Positions 1-10,292 are shown, counted from the first letter of the stretch. The stretch is 64,000 nucleotides of DNA from Gemmatimonadales bacterium (GCA_965249575.1 OZ252244.1:1632001-1696000), one strand, 5' to 3'. Made by a program: numbers and translations. The notes: generated by a model from the letters alone, not told the origin.

Positions 1-313
1 GCAGGAGAACCCCAACGATCTCGAGCGGGGAGAGCAACCCGCTGCCTGCTACCGCGGCGAAGGCGGCAATTACAAACACCTTGTCGCACACCGGATCCAG
101 CACCGCTCCGAGCCGCGAACCGCCGATCCGGCGCGCCCAGATCCCGTCCAGTACGTCGCTGGCTCCCGCGAGTGCCACGACACCCAATCGGGTAACCCAT
201 TCGGTCGACGCGACAAAGATAACCGCGAGCGGAATCCGCAGGGCGGTTAGCACATCCGGCGGTCCCACGAGGCGCTTTGCTTGCCCGGTCTCCCCAACTC
301 CTTTAGCTTCCAT
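1..313 (-). CDS. CDP-alcohol phosphatidyltransferase family protein (5' part; runs off the window, start uncertain)
   Basis: Not in the ORF track. Manual translation gives ...VGPPDVLTALRIPL...ASDVLDGIWARRIGGSRLGAVLDPVCDK, which matches the DxxDGxxAR...GxxLDxxxD signature. Confidence 0.85.
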   Translation of the reverse strand, partial: MEAKGVGETGQAKRLVGPPDVLTALRIPLAVIFVASTEWVTRLGVVALAGASDVLDGIWARRIGGSRLGAVLDPVCDKVFVIAAFAAVAGSGLLSPLEIVGVLL

Positions 314-345
314 ATCTTGCACAGCGCAGCACCCGTGAGGAGCCC

Positions 346-804
346 ATGGATCTCGAGTTATTGAAGCAGGCCGCTATTTTCTCGAGCCTCGAAGACGACT
401 AGTTGGCTCGAGTGGCCGAGATCTGCAAGGAGCAAACGTTCAAGTTCGGGCAATCTATCTTCAAGGAAGGTGAGCCCGGGAACCGGCTGTATATCGTTTC
501 GAAGGGAGACGTCCGAATCTCCCGCCAAGTGCCGGGCTCCGGAGAGGAAGCGCTGACCGTCCTCAAGCCCGGGGCATGCTTCGGCGAGATGTCCGTGTTC
601 GACCGCTCCGAGCGCTCCACCGACGCGATTGCCAACACCGATTGCACGCTCGTCACCATCACCCGGCCCGATTTCGAGATTCTGCTCGACTTCAACCGCG
701 ACATAGCCTATAAGGTCCTGTGGTCTGTGGTCCGCCTGTTGAGTGAGCGTCTGCGCATCACGAATGACAACCTGCGTTCCTTCCTCGCCATGTCGATGTT
801 CTAG
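346..804 (+). CDS. Cyclic nucleotide-binding domain protein; in-frame TAG at 400-402
   Basis: GAGGAG RBS then ATG346: MDLELLKQAAIFSSLEDD*LARVAEIC. cNMP motifs IFKEGEPG, FGEM and RSTDA. No HTH domain. Confidence 0.85.
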
Positions 805-845
805 GAATCAGCCTCCGGTGCTCGTGACGCACCGGCGCCGCTATC

Positions 846-3449
846 TCAGCGGCTCACGCCTGACCCGCGCGCGACGAACTCAGCGCGGGCTTCCGGATGG
901 AATACTTCGGCGGCTACCCGATTCAGATCCGCGGCAGTCACGGCGCGCAGGTCGTCCGCGAACCCATCCAGATCATCGAGTACGCCGTGGATCCACGCAT
1001 GTAGCGTGTCCGCTGCCACCGATCCAGTCGATTGTTGCCTGAGCTCGACTCCCCCAGCCGCGTAATTTCGAGACCGGGTCAGTTCAGCCATCCCTACCGG
1101 GTCCCGAGCGACGACCGCGAGCTCATGCAGCATCGCGTCCCGGGCTTCGCTCTCACGCGCCGGGGACGTTGCGATGTACGTAAGGAACGCCCCGGACCGA
1201 CGCTGCAGCCACGGTATCGCCGTCACCGTGTAGGCAAGCGACCGCTCGTCCCGCAGCGCGCGAAACAGCCTTCCCGCCAACCCACCCAGCAGCCCACCCA
1301 ACACCTCCAAGGCGAATCGATCTCGCGACCGGTAGGGAGGCGCAAGGAACGCCATGGCGAGCGCAGTTTGCGCCTTTTCCCGCCGCTCTGATATCCGACC
1401 CGCTGACCAGGTCGGCGCGTCATGTATTCCTGCAGCACCGGCCCTCACGGATGGCCAACGCTCGAACGGGGCGAGCGCCTCGAGGAGGCGCTCGGGGCTC
1501 GCATCCCCTACCGCGACGATTACCGCCCTGCTGCGCCCAATGTCCTCGGTGGCGGCGCGCACCGCATCGTCATCAATGGCCCGCACGGAGTCGGGATCGC
1601 CAAGGGGTGGCAGTCCCATCGGATCGTTGGGAAACGCCGCTCCCAGCACGGCACGTACGGGGTGCCGGAACATGTCGTCCCGCTCTCTTCGTGCGTCTTC
1701 AGCCTGCAGGGCGCGTTCGAGGGCCACCTCCCGCGCGGCGACGTCCGGCTCGAGCGCGACTCCGAGCAACAACTCGGCGGCGCCGACGAGTGAGTCGCTG
1801 GGAACGGTCATCTCCCACCCAACCGCATCGAGGCCCACCGAGGGTGTGATCGGTCCGCCGAGCCGTTCGGCGGCTGCGGCGAGACCATCGCCCGAGAACC
1901 CCGCGGCTCCGCGCAGGGCCGCTCGCGCCATGAGCGCTGCTAGGCCCGCTGTCTCGCTCGACTCGCGATCACGGAAGCTCGGAATGTACACGCCGACCGA
2001 CGCCAACCCGGACCCGCGCTTCTCGCGCACGATCAGGTCGGCGCCCGCGAGTGCCACGTGATAGGCCCGCCCATGCTGTGCGGTCGTGAGACCACTGATC
2101 ACAGAACGGGCCCGCTGATGCCCTCGACGGTCAGGGGAACTGCAAGCTGGGACAGTCCCACTCCTTACCGGGGGCCAGAGTGGCGTCGAGAAACGTGTCT
2201 CGGTCTCGGGAGGTAGGTAAAAGACTGCAGAAGACGCCTCTGGATCCAGATATCGTGATGCAGCGTTCCGTACATCATCGGCGCTGACCCCCATCGACCG
2301 GTCGTACAGCTCGTCCGCCAAACGAAAGTCTCCAAGCGCCTCGTACACACACAGGGAAGCGGCACGTCCTTCCATGGTTTCGAAGCGCCTCGCCCACCTC
2401 ACCGCCAGCAGGGAACGAACACGTTCGAGGTCCAGCGCGTCGGCGACATGCGTCTCCAAGCCGCGCGTCAGGGCGATGGCTTCCGTCACCGCCTCGTCGA
2501 GCCGGGACGCCTCGCCCTCTAGCAAGATCTCGAACACGCCGACCTCGGTCGGCGCATAGTGGAAGGCCCGGACCCCGCTGGCGAGTCCGGGACGCCTGAG
2601 CCCGCGATAGAGCCACGAGCCGCGCCCGGCTCCAAGCACCGCGGCCGCCGCGTCGAGAGCGGGGGCGTCCGGATGGAGCGGGCCATCGGTTCGCCACCCC
2701 AGGACGGCAAGGGGTGCCTGCACATCGCCGGACAGGACGCGAACGGCCGGCTTCGCACCTGCAGGCTCCGGGGGGCAACCCGGCACGGGGGCTCGGGGAC
2801 CCGTCCACTTTCCGTAGACCCGCTCGGCGAGGGCAATGGCCGACGAAACGCTTAGGTCCCCCACCAGTGCGAGAATGGTCCGCTCCGGAGAGTAGCGGGA
2901 TTCGTGGTAGCTCCTGACATCCGCGGCACACAGACGCCTCAACCCTTCCTCCGTACCGATCCGCCAGCGGCGCATTCGATGAACCTGGAACAGGAGCTCG
3001 TACAAGGTTTCCCCGGCGACGGCAGACGGATTGTCCAGCTTCCGTTTTGCCTCCTGCACGATGACCTCCAGCTCCCGCGTGAGCTCGTCGGCGCCGAGAG
3101 CCGGGTTGATCAGGCCATCCGCTTGAAGTCGGACCGCGTGGTCGAGCGCGCCGTCGGAGGCCGGCAGAACGGTGTAGTAGACCGTCTTGTCGTAAATGGT
3201 CGACGCATTCAGATAGCCGCCGAGCGATTGAATCTCCCGCGCGGCTTCACCGGGACCCCGCCCCCCAGCTCCCTTGAAAAACATGTGCTCCAGCACGTGC
3301 GAGATCCCCACCCATTCGTCCGGCTCGTCGAAGTATCCGGCTCGAACGTGCGCAACGACGGCAACCACTGGGGCCGAATCGTCGCGATGAGCTAGGACGG
3401 TGAGACCGTTTGGGAGAACATGCTTCGTGACGCCGCTGGTCCAGGACAT
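846..3449 (-). CDS. M16 family zinc protease (two fused M16 halves)
   Basis: LPNGL start, inverted Zn motif HVLEH, C-terminal LFRALRDERSLAY. Confidence 0.92.
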   Translation of the reverse strand: MSWTSGVTKHVLPNGLTVLAHRDDSAPVVAVVAHVRAGYFDEPDEWVGISHVLEHMFFKGAGGRGPGEAAREIQSLGGYLNASTIYDKTVYYTVLPASDGALDHAVRLQADGLINPALGADELTRELEVIVQEAKRKLDNPSAVAGETLYELLFQVHRMRRWRIGTEEGLRRLCAADVRSYHESRYSPERTILALVGDLSVSSAIALAERVYGKWTGPRAPVPGCPPEPAGAKPAVRVLSGDVQAPLAVLGWRTDGPLHPDAPALDAAAAVLGAGRGSWLYRGLRRPGLASGVRAFHYAPTEVGVFEILLEGEASRLDEAVTEAIALTRGLETHVADALDLERVRSLLAVRWARRFETMEGRAASLCVYEALGDFRLADELYDRSMGVSADDVRNAASRYLDPEASSAVFYLPPETETRFSTPLWPPVRSGTVPACSSPDRRGHQRARSVISGLTTAQHGRAYHVALAGADLIVREKRGSGLASVGVYIPSFRDRESSETAGLAALMARAALRGAAGFSGDGLAAAAERLGGPITPSVGLDAVGWEMTVPSDSLVGAAELLLGVALEPDVAAREVALERALQAEDARRERDDMFRHPVRAVLGAAFPNDPMGLPPLGDPDSVRAIDDDAVRAATEDIGRSRAVIVAVGDASPERLLEALAPFERWPSVRAGAAGIHDAPTWSAGRISERREKAQTALAMAFLAPPYRSRDRFALEVLGGLLGGLAGRLFRALRDERSLAYTVTAIPWLQRRSGAFLTYIATSPARESEARDAMLHELAVVARDPVGMAELTRSRNYAAGGVELRQQSTGSVAADTLHAWIHGVLDDLDGFADDLRAVTAADLNRVAAEVFHPEARAEFVARGSGVSR

Positions 3450-3520
3450 GCGCAGTCACGCTGAGGGAGGGAGAACGAAACTTAAGACGTCGACCGCGAA
3501 TCGACGGGCGTGGGTCCCTT

Positions 3521-4636
3521 TCAGCCGGCGATCACGAGCCGGCCAGCCGCTGCTGCGCCACGGAGGAAGCTCTCCGCATCGGCAACGGGGATCACGATCC
3601 CGGTCTCCGCGCGGCTCCGCTGCGCCACCTGTTCCATGTATTGGACGAGGGACTCGCCCGTGCACTCGCGGTCGTCCCTCCGCATCTGAAACACGATCTG
3701 CTCCCACGTTCCTGTGTAGGTAACGCCATCCGCCATACGCACGCGGTGGAGGTCCGATTGGGCCGGCCGACGCATTCCGTGTAGCTCCGCCACCAGTGCT
3801 CCAAACAGCTCGAGCTGACGCGGGTCCCGTATCGTACCGTCGGGCTGCTTGGACTCAACCTCAGCCAGCAGACGCTCCACGGAGTCGGAAGCCTCCCCGA
3901 GTCGTCGCAGGCGCGTGGTCCAGGGTCGAAGCTCAGGATCGCCAGCGCTCAACCGGTAGACGGACTTCTTGAGCTCAATGAGCCGCCAGAGCGCAAGCTC
4001 CTCGAGGTGTTCCTGCGGTTCAGTCCGTTCGAGGTGATACAAGGCCGCGTCGTACTCGCCCCGGTCGTACAGCAGGTTGCCGAGGTAGACTCTCGCCTCT
4101 GAGTGACCACCGTCTAGCTCGAGCGCACGCCGTAGCCACAGCAGCGCCCCGGCCTCATCGCCGCCCCGGTGTGCGGCGTAGCCGAGGCACGCACACGCGT
4201 CGGTGGAGTTTGGATGACATTCGACGGCGATTTCGAAGAATCCGCGTGCCTGATCGACAACGCCTTCACGGAACAGCGCCCTCCCGACCTGGAGCATGAG
4301 GTCGTGATCCTCACGGAAGCCCAGTGCCAGCAATTGGTCGAAGTACTTTAACGCCCGGTCTCGCTCTCCGAACCTGAGTAGCGTCTCGCCGAGACCAGCC
4401 AGGGCATCCTCATTATTAGCGTCGAGCGCCACAGCGTACTCGAAGCTCGCGCGAGCCCACGCGAACTCGTCTCGCGCGAGCCGGGCGTATCCCATCCCTA
4501 TATGCAGTTCGAGAGCCTGCGGGTATGACTCCAGCCCATGCCGCAACACGTCGATGGCCTCTTCATATCGACCCTCATTGTAGAGTCCGTGAGCCCGCTC
4601 GCCGTAGTCGTCTGAACTGAGGAAGGGGTCCGACAT
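3521..4636 (-). CDS. Tetratricopeptide repeat protein with extra C-terminal domain
   Basis: Repeated TPR helices from MSDPF (ATG 4636). The upstream ORF extension overlaps the next gene and looks non-coding. Confidence 0.85.
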   Translation of the reverse strand: MSDPFLSSDDYGERAHGLYNEGRYEEAIDVLRHGLESYPQALELHIGMGYARLARDEFAWARASFEYAVALDANNEDALAGLGETLLRFGERDRALKYFDQLLALGFREDHDLMLQVGRALFREGVVDQARGFFEIAVECHPNSTDACACLGYAAHRGGDEAGALLWLRRALELDGGHSEARVYLGNLLYDRGEYDAALYHLERTEPQEHLEELALWRLIELKKSVYRLSAGDPELRPWTTRLRRLGEASDSVERLLAEVESKQPDGTIRDPRQLELFGALVAELHGMRRPAQSDLHRVRMADGVTYTGTWEQIVFQMRRDDRECTGESLVQYMEQVAQRSRAETGIVIPVADAESFLRGAAAAGRLVIAG

Positions 4637-4847
4637 CTGCCGGGCCTCCGCTGGAAGGTTTCGGTACAATAAAATGACGTGGCGCCGCGCACAAGCGCCC
4701 TTCAAGCTCGACATGTGCTCTACTCGCCCGCCGGCCGCGGAGGTGGTCGGCCTTTTCGCGTCCGAAACGGCTGCCGTCTCGTTTACATCTTGTCGATGGA
4801 ATGGCTTCGGGTGGGGAGCAGCCCCACTCTTCCCGCCGACCACCACC

Positions 4848-5330
4848 TCACTGGCGCGGGTAGTTTCGCGACGAGTGCGAAGCGTAGACTTTCCACTCCC
4901 CCGTCGACCTGTCTTTGCTCCACAAATGAGAGGTCTGCCCGGCATGAAGCGCCCGCCCGCCCGCTTCGGTCTGGTCGAGAGAGAATCGGAACGTCACCAG
5001 CGCCCATTCCGGGGTCAAGAGATCGACAATTGACTCCTGCACCACGAAGTTGAACTCCGAAATGTTGGTGAAGCGCTCGTTCCGTACGATGGATTCCTCC
5101 GCCCAGCCGCGGGTCCGGACTCCGTCCGACCAGGCGAACGTGACATCGGGAGTCTGATGGGAAAAGGCGTTCATCACTTCGAGGCTCTGAGAATTGACGG
5201 CCCGTTCCCAGCTCCGAAGCCGCTCACGTATCGCCTCCTCCTCGACGCGCCGCTGCTGGAGACCGAGGTCCTGGGTGCAAGCCGCCAGCGTCAGACCGGT
5301 GACTCCGGCTATGAGTATTGAGCGAATCAA
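4848..5330 (-). CDS. NTF2-like/SnoaL-like (DUF4440-type) lipoprotein
   Basis: Lipobox LAAC, GGAGG RBS, C-terminal GEWKVYASHSS strand typical of the NTF2 fold. Confidence 0.8.
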   Translation of the reverse strand: MIRSILIAGVTGLTLAACTQDLGLQQRRVEEEAIRERLRSWERAVNSQSLEVMNAFSHQTPDVTFAWSDGVRTRGWAEESIVRNERFTNISEFNFVVQESIVDLLTPEWALVTFRFSLDQTEAGGRALHAGQTSHLWSKDRSTGEWKVYASHSSRNYPRQ

Positions 5331-5344
5331 CGCGACCTCCTAGC

Positions 5345-5780
5345 TCAGATGGGTTGGGTAGGAACCGTGCCTACGGTTGCTTCACGAAACGGGAACGTGT
5401 GCTCGGTGTAATCTCCCGGAGCCCGTCCCCGGTATCCCGCGTCCAAATCAGAGTCGCCTGACCTCCGCTGACTACTCGCGCCCGCTCCCAAGCCCATGCC
5501 CATTGATCTACGAAAGGTCGTGATCGCGATGTCGGGGCTCAAGACCGGGTTCATGGCGTTGTATCTGAACTTCTCGACGCTGCCAAATCACTTCCGATTG
5601 TATCGCCGCCTCTTGCACCCATCCACGCGTGCGTCTGCCGGGCGACCACACGACGGTAGGCTCCGGCACGTGGTGGTAGGGGGTCGCGAGGCCATGGTGT
5701 ACCGGGCGTTGAGAAAGCGAACGCGGCGTCCACATTGAGATATCACGCCGCCTTGACGGACGCTCGCTTAGTGGGCTCAC
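5345..5780 (-). pseudogene. Degraded tandem paralog of the adjacent NTF2-like gene
   Basis: YHHVPEPTVVWSPGRRTRGWVQE matches the neighbour's SHQTPDVTFAWSDGVRTRGWAEE. In another frame VEKFRYNAMNPVLSPDIAITTFR matches ISEFNFVVQESIVDLLTPEWALVTFR. Boundaries are approximate. Confidence 0.65.
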
Positions 5781-6120
5781 CCCGGCGGGCCCGCATCGAA
5801 GGAGCGCTATGCCTGCCTGCGGCGGCGACGAGAACCTCGAGCGATCATGGGCGCCTCCGATGGGTCAGTCACCCTACCTTAAAGAAGCTTAGGAACGGTC
5901 AACCGTGCGTCAATGGCGCCTATTCGGGAGTGCGTTGGGGAGAGGGTTGCGCGGCCCGGGTCGAAAACCCAGACTTCGCGAGTGCTTGGATTTCGCCACC
6001 ACATCGCCACGTCGCGTAGGCGCCCACGCTCCGATTTGCGTGTTTCCCGACCTATTCGAAGCCCCGAGGACCTTGCATTCGGTGCTCGGGCACGTCGTGT
6101 CGCCGCCTAAGAACAAACCA

Positions 6121-7533
6121 ATGAAGGCGCTCTTCAACGTGCTCCTCGTCCTGAGCCCGTTGGCGGGAGCGGTCACTCCAGCCGCCGGCATCCAAGGCGG
6201 CGGGCCGAACGGTAGCGATGGCGCGGTCGTATTCGAAGACGTCCACGTCCTCCCGATGGACGGAGAGCGGATCCTCGAGCACCATACGGTCGTGGTTCGC
6301 GGCGATCGCATCGATCAGCTCGGGCCCAACGGTCAGGTCGCAGTGCCCGATGAAGCCGTGCGTGTCGACGGTGCCGGGATGTACCTGCTGCCGGGGCTCG
6401 TCGACATGCACGTCCACCTCCGCGACACGACCGACGAGCGCGCCATCGCGAACTATCTGTCACTGTTTGTCGCTAACGGGGTGACCACTGTGCGGGTCAT
6501 GACGGGCCGCCCCGTCCACCTACGCATTCGCGAGCAGGTTGCGCGGAGCGAGCTCCTCGGGCCCACCATCTACGTCGCGGGGTCCACGGTGGGATCCTTG
6601 GACTCGACACTGGACATGCGACGAGTGCTGACCTCGAAGGAGGCCACACGCTTCGCGGAGCAGATGAAGGCGGCCGGCTACGACTTCATTCAAGTCGGTT
6701 CGCTCATGCGGGAGGAATACGAAGGACTCGTGCGGGGCGCGCGGCGTGGAGACATACGGCTCGCCGGCGGGGTGCCGAACGGCGTCGGCTTCGAGCGCGT
6801 CCTCAAGTCAAAGCAATCGTCCATCGAGGGATTGGGCGCCTTTCTCCCAGAGCTGGAAGCCGACGATTCCCCGCTGCGCCATGCCGACCCGGTCACCCGA
6901 TCCCGGCTGCTTCTCAAGTACTTGGACGAGGGCAAGATTCCCAAGATCGCCAAGCGGCTCCGCGACGCCCGGGTGGCCGTCGTCCCCAACTTGTACCTGA
7001 ACGAGGCCGCACTTTCGCGCGTGCCCCCTGAGGTCCAGGCGCAGTATCCCGAAATGCGGTACGTGGCTCCACGAATCATCGAGGCGTGGATCCTCAACAA
7101 GTGGAGAATGGTGCGCCGCGGCCTCGAAGTGGAGACGGTGACGACGGTCGTAGATCTGAGACGGAAACTGGCCAAGGGTCTGCATGAAGGCGGCGCCCGC
7201 CTGCTCGTCGGAAGTGACGCGCGGGCATCGTTCATCGTGCCGGGCTTTGGGACTCACCGCGAGATCGAGACACTCGTCACGGCAGGGCTCAGCCCGTTTT
7301 CAGTGCTCGAGGCGGCGACGCGGGCGGGTGCCGAGTACCTCGTCGAGTCGGCGGATTTCGGCACGATCGCGGTGGGGCAGCGTGCCGACTTGATCCTGGC
7401 CAAGGGCAATCCGCTCGACGACATCACGAACGTCGGTAAGCAGGCGGGGGTCATGCTCCGCGGTCGATGGATCCCAGAGGAAGAAATCGAGGCAACGCTC
7501 GACGCCATCGCTCGAGCCGCCGCCGAGAGCTGA
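6121..7533 (+). CDS. Secreted amidohydrolase-family protein with degenerate second metal site
   Basis: Signal peptide from MKALF, PGLVDMHVH, GVTTVR, GSDA, G..ADLIL..GNPL. Confidence 0.88.
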   Translation: MKALFNVLLVLSPLAGAVTPAAGIQGGGPNGSDGAVVFEDVHVLPMDGERILEHHTVVVRGDRIDQLGPNGQVAVPDEAVRVDGAGMYLLPGLVDMHVHLRDTTDERAIANYLSLFVANGVTTVRVMTGRPVHLRIREQVARSELLGPTIYVAGSTVGSLDSTLDMRRVLTSKEATRFAEQMKAAGYDFIQVGSLMREEYEGLVRGARRGDIRLAGGVPNGVGFERVLKSKQSSIEGLGAFLPELEADDSPLRHADPVTRSRLLLKYLDEGKIPKIAKRLRDARVAVVPNLYLNEAALSRVPPEVQAQYPEMRYVAPRIIEAWILNKWRMVRRGLEVETVTTVVDLRRKLAKGLHEGGARLLVGSDARASFIVPGFGTHREIETLVTAGLSPFSVLEAATRAGAEYLVESADFGTIAVGQRADLILAKGNPLDDITNVGKQAGVMLRGRWIPEEEIEATLDAIARAAAES

Positions 7534-7684
7534 GCGCAGCCGCCCCGGGCACCCCGCAGCACCGTTTTGAATCCCCCATCCACAGTCGGAAAAAGCGTTC
7601 GCCCCGCCGAGGTTGCGGTACCGGTCCTCGCCGAGTGGCCTCGCCGGAGGCACGCTCAGCTTCTTGAGGAGCGGGAGGGAAAAC

Positions 7685-9184
7685 ATGTTTGAAACCGCGG
7701 AGCTCGGGCGGAAGGTCTCTAAGAAGAAGTTCGACGACCAGGTGCCTGAGCTGAGGACGGAGCTGTTGCGGGTGCAGGACGAGCTAAAAAGCGCGCCGTT
7801 TCCAGTCATCACGGTCGTGGCCGGCGTCGACGGGGCGGGAAAGGGAGAGACCGTCAACCTGCTGCATGAGTGGACGGACGCGCGGTATCTCGAGACTCAC
7901 GGGTTCGGACCAATGACCGACGAGGAGCGGGATCGACCGGATTTCTGGCGATTCTGGCGTGCGCTTCCACCCCGCGGCCGGATCGGCATCTTCTTCGGAT
8001 CCTGGTATACGGATCCAATAATCCGCCGCGTGTACAAGCAATCCAGGAATCCCGAGCTCGACGCCGCCCTCGTCCGGCTCACCGCCTTCGAGAAAGCCCT
8101 TTCGGACGACGGTGCGCTGATCGTGAAGCTGTGGCTCCATCTCAGTAAGGAAGCTCAGCACCGACGCCTCACCACCCTTGAAGCGAGCGCAAGCACACGT
8201 TGGCGCGTCACGAAGCTGGATTGGAAGCACTTCGAGCTGTACGACCGTTTCAGAAAGACCTCGGAACGAGCCCTGCGCGTTACTAGTACCGGGGAAGCCC
8301 CGTGGACCGTCATCGAGGGAACGGACGAGCGGTACAGGTCGCTCACTGTCGGGAAGCATCTGCTTCGCAAGATGCGCGAGCACATCGCGTCGATCGAGCG
8401 TGGCGCTTCGGCTCGGGCGCCGCGGCGGCGGCGTGCGGCCAAGCCGAAACCTGTTCTCACGATCCTCGACACCGTCGATCTGTCGCGCAAGCTCGAGTAC
8501 CGGGACTACGTCAAGGCCCGCGAGAAGTATCAGGGCCGTCTCAACCGGCACTATCGTCGAGCCAAGAAGCGCCAGATCTCTACGATTCTAGTTCTCGAGG
8601 GGTGGGACGCCGCGGGCAAAGGGGGCGCGATTCGGCGCGTCACTCCCGCACTCGACGCTCGCGACTACAAGGTGATCCCGATAGGCGCGCCCAGCGACGA
8701 AGAGAAAGCTCATCACTACCTGTGGCGCTTCTGGCGACATCTCCCGCAGAGTGGTCGGGTGACGATCTTCGATCGGAGCTGGTACGGCCGGGTGCTCGTG
8801 GAGCGGGTCGAGGGGTTCGCGACCCGCGAGGAATGGATGCGAGCCTATGCGGAAATCAACGAGTTTGAGGAACAGCTGTCAGAGCACGGAGTCGTGTTGC
8901 TGAAGTTTTGGATGCACATCGATCCCGACGAGCAGCTGCGCCGCTTCAAGGAGCGTGAGCGCAAGTCGTTCAAGCAGTACAAGATCACCGACGAAGATTT
9001 CCGGAATCGGGACCAGTGGCTCGAATACGAGCTCGCGGCGAACGAAATGGTCGAGCGTACTAGTACCGAATACGCGCCGTGGACGCTGATCGCCGGCAAC
9101 GACAAACGATATGCCCGGATCGAGGTCCTCAAGACGGTCTGCGACGCCTTACAGGAGAAGCTTCGATCGCTCAAGAGGGAGTGA
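7685..9184 (+). CDS. pap: Polyphosphate:AMP phosphotransferase (two-domain PPK2)
   Basis: MFETAELG start, two PPK2 domains with GVDGAGK and GWDAAGKGG, FDRSWYGRVLVERVEG. Confidence 0.93.
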   Translation: MFETAELGRKVSKKKFDDQVPELRTELLRVQDELKSAPFPVITVVAGVDGAGKGETVNLLHEWTDARYLETHGFGPMTDEERDRPDFWRFWRALPPRGRIGIFFGSWYTDPIIRRVYKQSRNPELDAALVRLTAFEKALSDDGALIVKLWLHLSKEAQHRRLTTLEASASTRWRVTKLDWKHFELYDRFRKTSERALRVTSTGEAPWTVIEGTDERYRSLTVGKHLLRKMREHIASIERGASARAPRRRRAAKPKPVLTILDTVDLSRKLEYRDYVKAREKYQGRLNRHYRRAKKRQISTILVLEGWDAAGKGGAIRRVTPALDARDYKVIPIGAPSDEEKAHHYLWRFWRHLPQSGRVTIFDRSWYGRVLVERVEGFATREEWMRAYAEINEFEEQLSEHGVVLLKFWMHIDPDEQLRRFKERERKSFKQYKITDEDFRNRDQWLEYELAANEMVERTSTEYAPWTLIAGNDKRYARIEVLKTVCDALQEKLRSLKRE

Positions 9185-10265
9185 CGACCGCCTTGGTCAC
9201 CCGGAGCGCCTCGACATCGGCAAGGGCGAGGTTGGCGTCGGCGAGCGAGTACCGAGAACCGATGATTCTGGCCATGGGGAGCTCGGCATGGCGTGACGCG
9301 AGCATGTGCAGGGCGCGCCACACGTGACGAAAATCCGTTCCCCACTGACCCAGGACCGAAGCGTGCTTGCGGTTGATGTCGACGTGTGGGTTGACGGTCA
9401 CCGTACCGGTGTCGGTGTAGTGTCCCGCAATCACGTAGGTTCCCCCATCCCGCAGCAGGCGCAGCCCTTCCGATATCGCATCGGGATTCCCGGTCGCCTC
9501 GATCGCGACGTCGACACCCCGGCCTCCGGTCAGCTCGCGCACGCGGTCCCCGCGCGCCGTCAATGAATCGTCACTGAACAAGAGGGCGACGTCGGCGCCC
9601 AGGAAACGCGCGATCTCTAGCCGCGCCGCCGGGGCCCCAATGACGATGACCACTCGCGCCCCGCGGAGAGCCGCGAACGCAGCCGCCGCCAGCCCCACTG
9701 GCCCCGCCCCCTGGACCAGCACGGCGTCGCCCATCGCCATCGCACTCCGTTCCACGGCCGCGTAGCCCGTAAACAACCCGCAGCCACCTCCGATGACGTC
9801 GTCGGCAGTGAGCGGCTCGGGGAGCTTCAGTATCTGGACGCCCGGCTTCAGGTAAATGCGCTCCGCCCAGCCACCGAGGGGACTGTCGCTGACCGAGAAG
9901 GTGACGCCATATACCCGACGGTTCGGACACCGGTTGGGCTGCCGGGCAACAGAGCACTGCCAGCAAACATGGCACACGCCGTGTACGTCATAGAAGGTCA
10001 CGACATCGCCGGCGGACATCTGAACACCCATCGCGTCCGTCGTCACCTCGCGCGACTTGAGTACTCGTCCCACGCTCACGTGGCCAGGAATGATCGGATA
10101 GGGCACGCCCGCCAGACGGCCGTGGTGGAGATGGACGTCGGTTCCGCAGACCTCGCTCGCAATGGTCTCGAGGAGGACGCTTCCCGGCTCGAGCTCGGGA
10201 TCGGGGATATCCCAGATCTCGACGGGTTTGCCGGGAGCTGTCATCACGGCGGCACGGATCGTCAT
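9171..10265 (-). CDS. Zinc-binding alcohol dehydrogenase (MDR family)
   Basis: CGTD, PGH, structural Zn motif CHVCWQC...C, GAGPVG. Confidence 0.92.
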   Translation of the reverse strand: MTIRAAVMTAPGKPVEIWDIPDPELEPGSVLLETIASEVCGTDVHLHHGRLAGVPYPIIPGHVSVGRVLKSREVTTDAMGVQMSAGDVVTFYDVHGVCHVCWQCSVARQPNRCPNRRVYGVTFSVSDSPLGGWAERIYLKPGVQILKLPEPLTADDVIGGGCGLFTGYAAVERSAMAMGDAVLVQGAGPVGLAAAAFAALRGARVVIVIGAPAARLEIARFLGADVALLFSDDSLTARGDRVRELTGGRGVDVAIEATGNPDAISEGLRLLRDGGTYVIAGHYTDTGTVTVNPHVDINRKHASVLGQWGTDFRHVWRALHMLASRHAELPMARIIGSRYSLADANLALADVEALRVTKAVVTPS

Positions 10266-10292
10266 GGGAAGCTTTGTGGTACGGGAGGGGGT

